Below the pieces are notes generated by a model, which saw nothing but the letters and a program-made list of their open reading frames with translations, searched no databases and was not told the DNA's origin. A DNA stretch of 64,000 bases from Octopus vulgaris (taxonomy: Eukaryota), in contig OX597831.1 of the NCBI GenBank assembly GCA_951406725.2, positions 39,494,001 through 39,558,000 on the forward strand, read 5' to 3'. Positions 57,821-64,000 of this stretch are shown one piece after another. Both the position numbers and the translations under genes were made by a program. Numbering within the stretch: the stretch's first letter is position 1; each line of letters starts with the position of its first letter.

Positions 57821-58279
57821 GTACATATTGTAAGAATTCTAACAGAAGGGAAAACATTTACTTCAAGAAATGTGTAGAAACATAAAAACGATAAGTACGT
57901 TTGAATGACTAGACCTTCCATGGCCGGGGCAAGTTCAAAAGGTCAACTTATTCTCATTAATCCGTAAATGCTGACAGAAGAAAACAAAAGACTTTAAATA
58001 TATATATTTAAAATGCTTGTTTTTCTGCGACCAAACATTCTGGTACCCTAGCATGGCTGCAGTCCAATGACTGAAACAAATATAAAGATTTTTAGAAAAT
58101 ATAGAAAACCGAGGGGGTTACAAAAGATTCTGGGGTCGATACGTTCAACTAAAAAGTCTTCAAGGTAGTGCCCCAGCATGGCCTCAGTCTAATGACTGAA
58201 ACAAGTAAGAGGTGAAAAAATGAAAACATAATCGAAAAATATAATCGTTGGGATTTTGTTCACTTTCACACTTTAACTA

Positions 58280-58378
58280 TGGGGCTTTTGTCCGAGGAAC
58301 TTTTGTCCGAGGAACTTTTGTCCTAGGAGGCTTTTGTTCTAGGAGGCTTTTGTCCTGGGGATATTTTGTCTAATACTC
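58280..58378. repeat. About six tandem 15-16-bp TTTTGTCC-containing repeats (probable DNA-transposon subterminal repeats)
   Basis: CTTTTGTCCGAGGAA x2 followed by CTTTTGT.CTAGGAGG variants. Confidence 0.7.
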
Positions 58379-58701
58379 TAATTAGATACAGTACGTTATG
58401 TGAATGTACTTTTATCTTTCATCTCAATGAGAACTGAATAAAGGTAGTGGCCCGTACCCTCACTCAGTCGCATGGTCAATGACAACTGGTGGGAATAAAT
58501 TAAAGAGTAATATCTAAGAAAATGAGTAAAACCAGCACAAAAGTATCAAAGAATCGGGTGAAACAATCTATTGGACCGTGACCGTGCTGAGGCACTGCCT
58601 TGAAGTGTAAGTGCATGTATGTATGTATGTATGTATGTATGTATGTATGTATGTATGTATGTATGTATGTATGTATGTATGTATGTATGTTTGTATGTAT
58701 G

Positions 58702-58781
<80 letters not shown>

Positions 58782-58806
58782 CAGATAGATAGACATACAT
58801 ACATAT

Positions 58807-58877
<71 letters not shown>

Positions 58878-59053
58878 TATAAACAAAGTCGAACACACAT
58901 ACACGAGATGTATGTGTTGTTAGTTCATCGGACGGCTGTGTTTCAAGTGTAAGAGAATATATCCTCAATGCCCTTGGTGTAAAATCACCTGAAAGCAAGT
59001 CACAGTCAAACATAAAACTCACCTAAAATCCCTTTTTCGGAGCGACAGACATC

Positions 59054-59094
59054 GATGTTTCGTCATGTTTTTGACTTGTCAGTGCCACATACGG
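59054..59094 (-). ncRNA. Minimal hammerhead motif with a core substitution, in a Penelope-type terminal repeat (58905-59095)
   Basis: GGCA-CTGACAA-GTCA-AAAACA-TGAC-GAAAC-ATCGAT-GTC-TGTC. Confidence 0.6.
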
Positions 59095-59128
59095 AACACG
59101 GTTTGCTATGAGCTATCTAACCACCTAT

Positions 59129-60526
59129 CAGGGTCATGTAGATAAATTGAAACCAATTTTAAGCAGTTGACTTTGTGGGTTTAACATTTCATTTGACAAA
59201 AGCTTGCTTCCCGAAAAATCTAAGTCTGCCTCTTTACTTTTCTTGTAAATAGCGAACTAATTTGACAACAGAAAGTGGTAGAACAACAGAATCGTTCTGC
59301 CGTTGTTGTTTAGGCGCGCGCCTAGCACACTACCTACAAAATTGCTAAGTTGATGAAACTTCCAAAAGCAACAGTTTATCGTGTTTATAAGCAATTTAAA
59401 GAAGAGGGAAAGATTGAATCGAAAAGAACGCAAGATATGAAGTGATTCCAAGCGCAATCCAAAGTTTCTCGGTGACCTCAAACGCTTGATTGAAACCAAC
59501 TCATCTCATTCACGTCCATGAAAACGCTTGCAAAGAAAAGCAATGTGTCCCTTTCCACGGTGTCCTGTGGACAGGAACCTAGGCATGACTAGCTGTGTTC
59601 GCCGCCACCGACACCTCCTAACAACCAAGGCCAGTCCATGAAAACGCTTGCAAAGAAAAGCAATGTGTCCCTTTCCACGGTGTCCTGTGGACAGGAACCT
59701 TGGCAAGACTAGCTATGTTCGCCGCCGCCGACACCTCCTAACAGCCAAGGCCAAAGCAATCAGAGCCGAGATATTCCCAAAGCTTTTGTCATTTATCAAG
59801 CATCAAGGTGCAGGAAACACTCTCGTGTTTGCGGACGAGCAGTTCACAGTGGACGCTGAGGTGAATTTCAGAAATTTTCGAGTGATAGCATACAAACCTT
59901 TTGATGTCTCCCCTTTTTTGAGACTAAGAATCCTGCCTCTGTGATGGTATATGGAACTGTGGGAAGCGATGGAAGTGTCGTGGATCCACACTTCATTCAG
60001 TCTGACTTGAAGGTCGGCAGAAAGGAGTATCTACACGTCCTGAAGAATTCACTGTTACCTTCGATGGAGCAGAAGTTTGGGCTTGACAATGTGGTACTTA
60101 TCCAGGATACTGCACCATGCCATGAGTCAAAAGCAACATAGACCTTCCTTGATGAAAGGTGCCATTTTTGTGAGGGCCAGCATCTGGCCCAGTAATAGCC
60201 TAAATCTCCAATTTCCCGATTACTTTTATGGGGTGTACTTTAAGCAAAGACCAATGCTTCGCCAGATTTGGGTGTCAACAGTTTGAAGACCTGCATCATG
60301 CATGCAGCAAACAAAATTAAAAAGGCGGAGGTTGCGACAGATGCAAAAACATTTCTTTCTCGTGTGGAGGCAGTAGTTGCCCAAAAGGGCAGCCATATTG
60401 AGTGATAAATATTTTTGTTTTAATAAATGTTGCATTAAAATTATATCTGTTTACTACCATTATTTTAGTATTTTTAACCAGTTTCATGCATCTTAAAAAT
60501 TGCCTTAATTTATCTCCAAGACCCTG
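59129..60526 (+). mobile_element. Near full-length decayed maT (DD37D)-like transposon
   Basis: Imperfect TIRs CAGGGTC.TG.AGATAAATT; motifs VFADE.FTV, VMVYGTVGSDG, IQDTAPCH, IWPSNS..L...DY; 120-bp internal tandem duplication at 59514-59753. Confidence 0.88.
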
Positions 60527-60784
60527 TATTAAATGCCAAAGAGTAGGCAAAACATCGATGTCTATCACTCCGAAAAAGGGATTTGATGCGTGTTGTCTCG
60601 TTGGGCTATGACTTGCTTTCAGGTGTTTTTACTCTAGGGTCATTGAAAATATATACCCTTATATCTAAAAATGCAGCCTTTCACGAACTAACGACTTTGT
60701 TGATATACCTCAACCTGCTTCTGATTCATATCTTAATATATATATATATATATACATACATGTATATACATATTTATATATGAC

Positions 60785-60960
60785 ATGAGGTACAGACGAT
60801 GGCAGCGGAATCAAACTACCTTATGCACCAAATGGGCCAACAGCTGGGGCAAAGGCACATACTGGAGTGGTGATGTGAAACACACCAAACTCAGGAAATC
60901 AGAAAGACCACGGTAGTGCTCCAGCATGACCGCAGCCGCATGGCAGAAACGAGTAAAAGC
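60785..60960 (+). mobile_element. Extreme 3' end of a CR1/L2-group LINE with a SINE-A-like tail
   Basis: EVQTMAAESNYLMHQ resembles the LINE C-termini at about 56260 and 32130; ends GGTAGTGCTCCAGCATGACCGCAG...GAAACGAGTAAAAG. Confidence 0.65.
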
Positions 60961-61025
60961 GTATATGTGTGTGTGTGTACGTAGACATATATATGTATAT
61001 TAAAACTGAATAGAATATCGGAAAT

Positions 61026-61069
61026 CCACCTGACGAATGTCATTTGAAGACATGAAACAATTGTAGTGG
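61026..61069 (+). ncRNA. Minimal type-I hammerhead ribozyme with a canonical core
   Basis: CCAC-CTGACGA-ATGTC-ATTTGAA-GACAT-GAAAC-AATT-GTA-GTGG; all three stems pair perfectly. Confidence 0.85.
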
Positions 61070-61155
61070 CGATTTATTTACTTTATATTAAAATTTTTTA
61101 TGTATTGATTAAGTCTTTCCTTGTTTGATTTGCAAAATAGTGGTTTTGTCTCGAA

Positions 61156-61188
<33 letters not shown>

Positions 61189-61293
61189 TCTCCATAGATA
61201 AATAGATAGATAGCTAGATGCATATATACATACATACATACATAGAAAGAAAGAAAGATACATACATACATACATACATACATACATACATAC

Positions 61294-61381
<88 letters not shown>

Positions 61382-62164
61382 ACTTGCTCCACCGGATTCT
61401 CTTCTTTAATTAGGTTATTTTCAAAATTTGTGTCCGAATCGATACGATCAGAGACTTTTGTTGAACAATAGCGTTTTAATGGAACCGAAATTATGTAAAG
61501 CAACTTTAATTTACGTTAGAAGCAGCAATTGTTTACTTTTGTTGACTTTTGTTTTACAGGTTTTGTTTCGTACTTTGCTTATGAAAAAAAATGTTTTCTT
61601 CATTCATTTCGCCCTTAACCTATATTCATTCAGGTTTATTTGTTTTACGTTTTATCTTATTTAAATAACTATTTCATAGACAACATCTGCAAAAAGGTTT
61701 ATTAAACAGCGAAGATAAAGAAAAGAAAGAGAAAAGAAAAGAAAAGAAAAGAGAAAAATCGACAACAATACTTTTGTATCGATTATCGGCCGTTCGTTAT
61801 TATTGAATATCAATCAAATATTACAAGAAAGACCCTGTTTAGACGAGTTGCTTCGAACTACTTTTTTCCCTTTCTCACTACTTCCGTATCTTCCTCTCAC
61901 TCTCTCTCACTTTCTCCCTCTCTCCCTCTCTCTCTCTCGCAATGTCTTTCTCCTTGTCACTTTCTTTCTCTCTTTCTCATTCATTCAGTCTCTATCACTA
62001 CACACACAAACACACACACAAATGCACACACATACACAATTATAAAGGAAAATCGATCGAAGTTATGTGTAAGTAGAGTAAAGGAACTTGTCTAAATACC
62101 TTTCTTACATGTGTGTATGAATATATATGTATTTATACATATATATATATATGTGTGTGTGTAA

Positions 62165-62209
<45 letters not shown>

Positions 62210-62263
62210 AGATAGACAGACAGAGAGACAGAAAGATAGATGGATAGATAGATAGATAGATAC

Positions 62264-62308
<45 letters not shown>

Positions 62309-62325
62309 AGATAGATAGATTGATG

Positions 62326-62393
<68 letters not shown>

Positions 62394-62401
62394 TGAATAT
62401 A

Positions 62402-62442
<41 letters not shown>

Positions 62443-62518
62443 GTATATATATATGAATATATATACGTGTATATATATATATATATTATATATATATATA
62501 TATATATTTGTATATATG

Positions 62519-62569
<51 letters not shown>

Positions 62570-63059
62570 ATATATATCTCACTTCAGACCCCTTTACTTT
62601 TCATGCATCTGTTAGTGTTGGTGTGTGTGTGTTTCTGTATGTGTGTGTCTGTGTGTGTGTGTCTGTGTGTCTCTGTATCTGAATGAGTGTGTTTCCAACC
62701 TAATTTCACTGATCGTTATTTCATTAATGTATCCTATCAATCGATCTATCGATCTAATAAGTTTGATAACTATCTTAATTTTCACAGTCAAACATTGCTT
62801 TCATCTTCATCTATCTGTCTTTATACCTCCTTTTATCTTTTATCTTTACATTTTGCTTTTTATGTTTGTTTTTTTCCCCTTTTTAGATTCTTTGCAAATT
62901 AACCACAGTTGTTTTTTGTTGTTGTTTTTTTTTTGTTTGGGAGTTTTTCGGGTTTTTTCTTTTTCTCATTTCTCTTTTTAATCGCACTCCTTATTGTAAA
63001 TATAGAAGCGATTATCATTGTTATTGTTACTACTATTACTACTACTGCTGCTGTTACTG

Positions 63060-63592
63060 CTTCTTCTTCTTCTTCTTCTTCTTCTTCTTCTTCTTCTTCT
63101 TCTTCTTCTTCTTCTTCTTCTTCTTCCAATCAGGACTCACGCCATTAGCCACAAAGAATAATCTCTAATTCGAGCCTACTCTAAGCTACAAAGAGTGCGT
63201 GCGGTTACTTGAAGATCCACCCACCACACGCGATAGACTGGCGGGCGCGAAAGCTACGTTGTTATCTTCATTCCGTAAACGGTGGCTTTTAACGGGTGGA
63301 GAGCTGAACCATCCTGGGGTACAGAGGATTCGCAATCTAGACTAGGGTCTGAATGTTTTACCACACCATAGTGTGGTTACACCATGGTTCCTCTGCTTTG
63401 TGGCAGAAGTAGGAAGAAAGAGTGAGAGAAAGTTGTGGCGAAAGATTACAGCAGAGTTCACCACCCCGCCGGAGCCTCATGGAGCTTAGGTGTTTTTGCT
63501 CAATAAACACTCACAATGCCCGGTCTGGGAATCGAAAGCGCGTTCTTACGACCACGAGTCCGCTGCCCCAACCACTGGGCCATTGCGCTTCC
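63060..63592 (-). mobile_element. tRNA-derived SINE, family D, with a (GAA)n tail
   Basis: Minus strand GGAAGCGCAATGGCCCAGTGGTT...TTCGATTCCCAGACCGGGC head, ~400-bp body, ending in (GAA)n. Confidence 0.75.
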
Positions 63593-63629
63593 ACTGTTGT
63601 GGTTGTCGTTGTTGATTTTGTTGCTATGG

Positions 63630-63850
63630 AGGCGGTGAGCTGGCAGAATCTTTAGCCCACCGGACGAAACCGTTAGCGGCATTTCGTCCATTTTTATGTT
63701 CTGAGTTCAAATCTCACCGAGATCGACTTTGCCTTTTATCCATTTGAGGTCGTTGAAAAAAGTACTCGTTGAACACTGGGATCGTTCTACCCGACCATGC
63801 CCCTTCCCCACTAAATCTTAAGCCTTGTACCTATAGTACAAAGGATTATT
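63630..63850 (+). mobile_element. Old SINE family B copy
   Basis: GGCGGTGAGCTGGCAGAATC head and family core. Confidence 0.85.
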
Positions 63851-63911
63851 ATTACTGTAGGCTTTGTCTTTCATGCTTTCGGGGTCGAAAGTAAAAAATA
63901 TTATTAGTAGA

Positions 63912-64000
<89 letters not shown>

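Noticed and set aside
59506-59753. Repeated peptide ORF (MPRFLSTGHRGKG...)
   Set aside because: Antisense reading of a 120-bp tandem duplication inside the maT transposon.

Overview
Eukaryotic, AT-rich, extremely microsatellite-dense DNA with no recognisable intact host gene. The SINE families and repeat landscape suggest an octopus (coleoid cephalopod) intron or intergenic region; this is an inference. Almost all ORFs in the supplied track are microsatellite artefacts. The real content is decayed mobile DNA: at least four tRNA-derived SINE families; CR1/L2-group, Dong/R4 and RTE LINE fragments; two Penelope-like (GIY-YIG) fragments; mariner, maT-like and hAT-related transposon relics; and several MITEs. 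The most notable unannotated signal is a set of minimal type-I hammerhead ribozyme motifs from several unrelated repeat families. One has a fully canonical core (61026-61069). Two sit exactly 355 bp apart in a retrozyme/pLTR-like tandem repeat (29277-29863). Also notable: an array of ~105-bp units each folding into a pre-miRNA-sized hairpin (9690-11035), a SINE that repeatedly inserts into one site of its own family, a SINE/LINE shared 3' tail, and an unexplained GC-richer open frame at 16226-16804.
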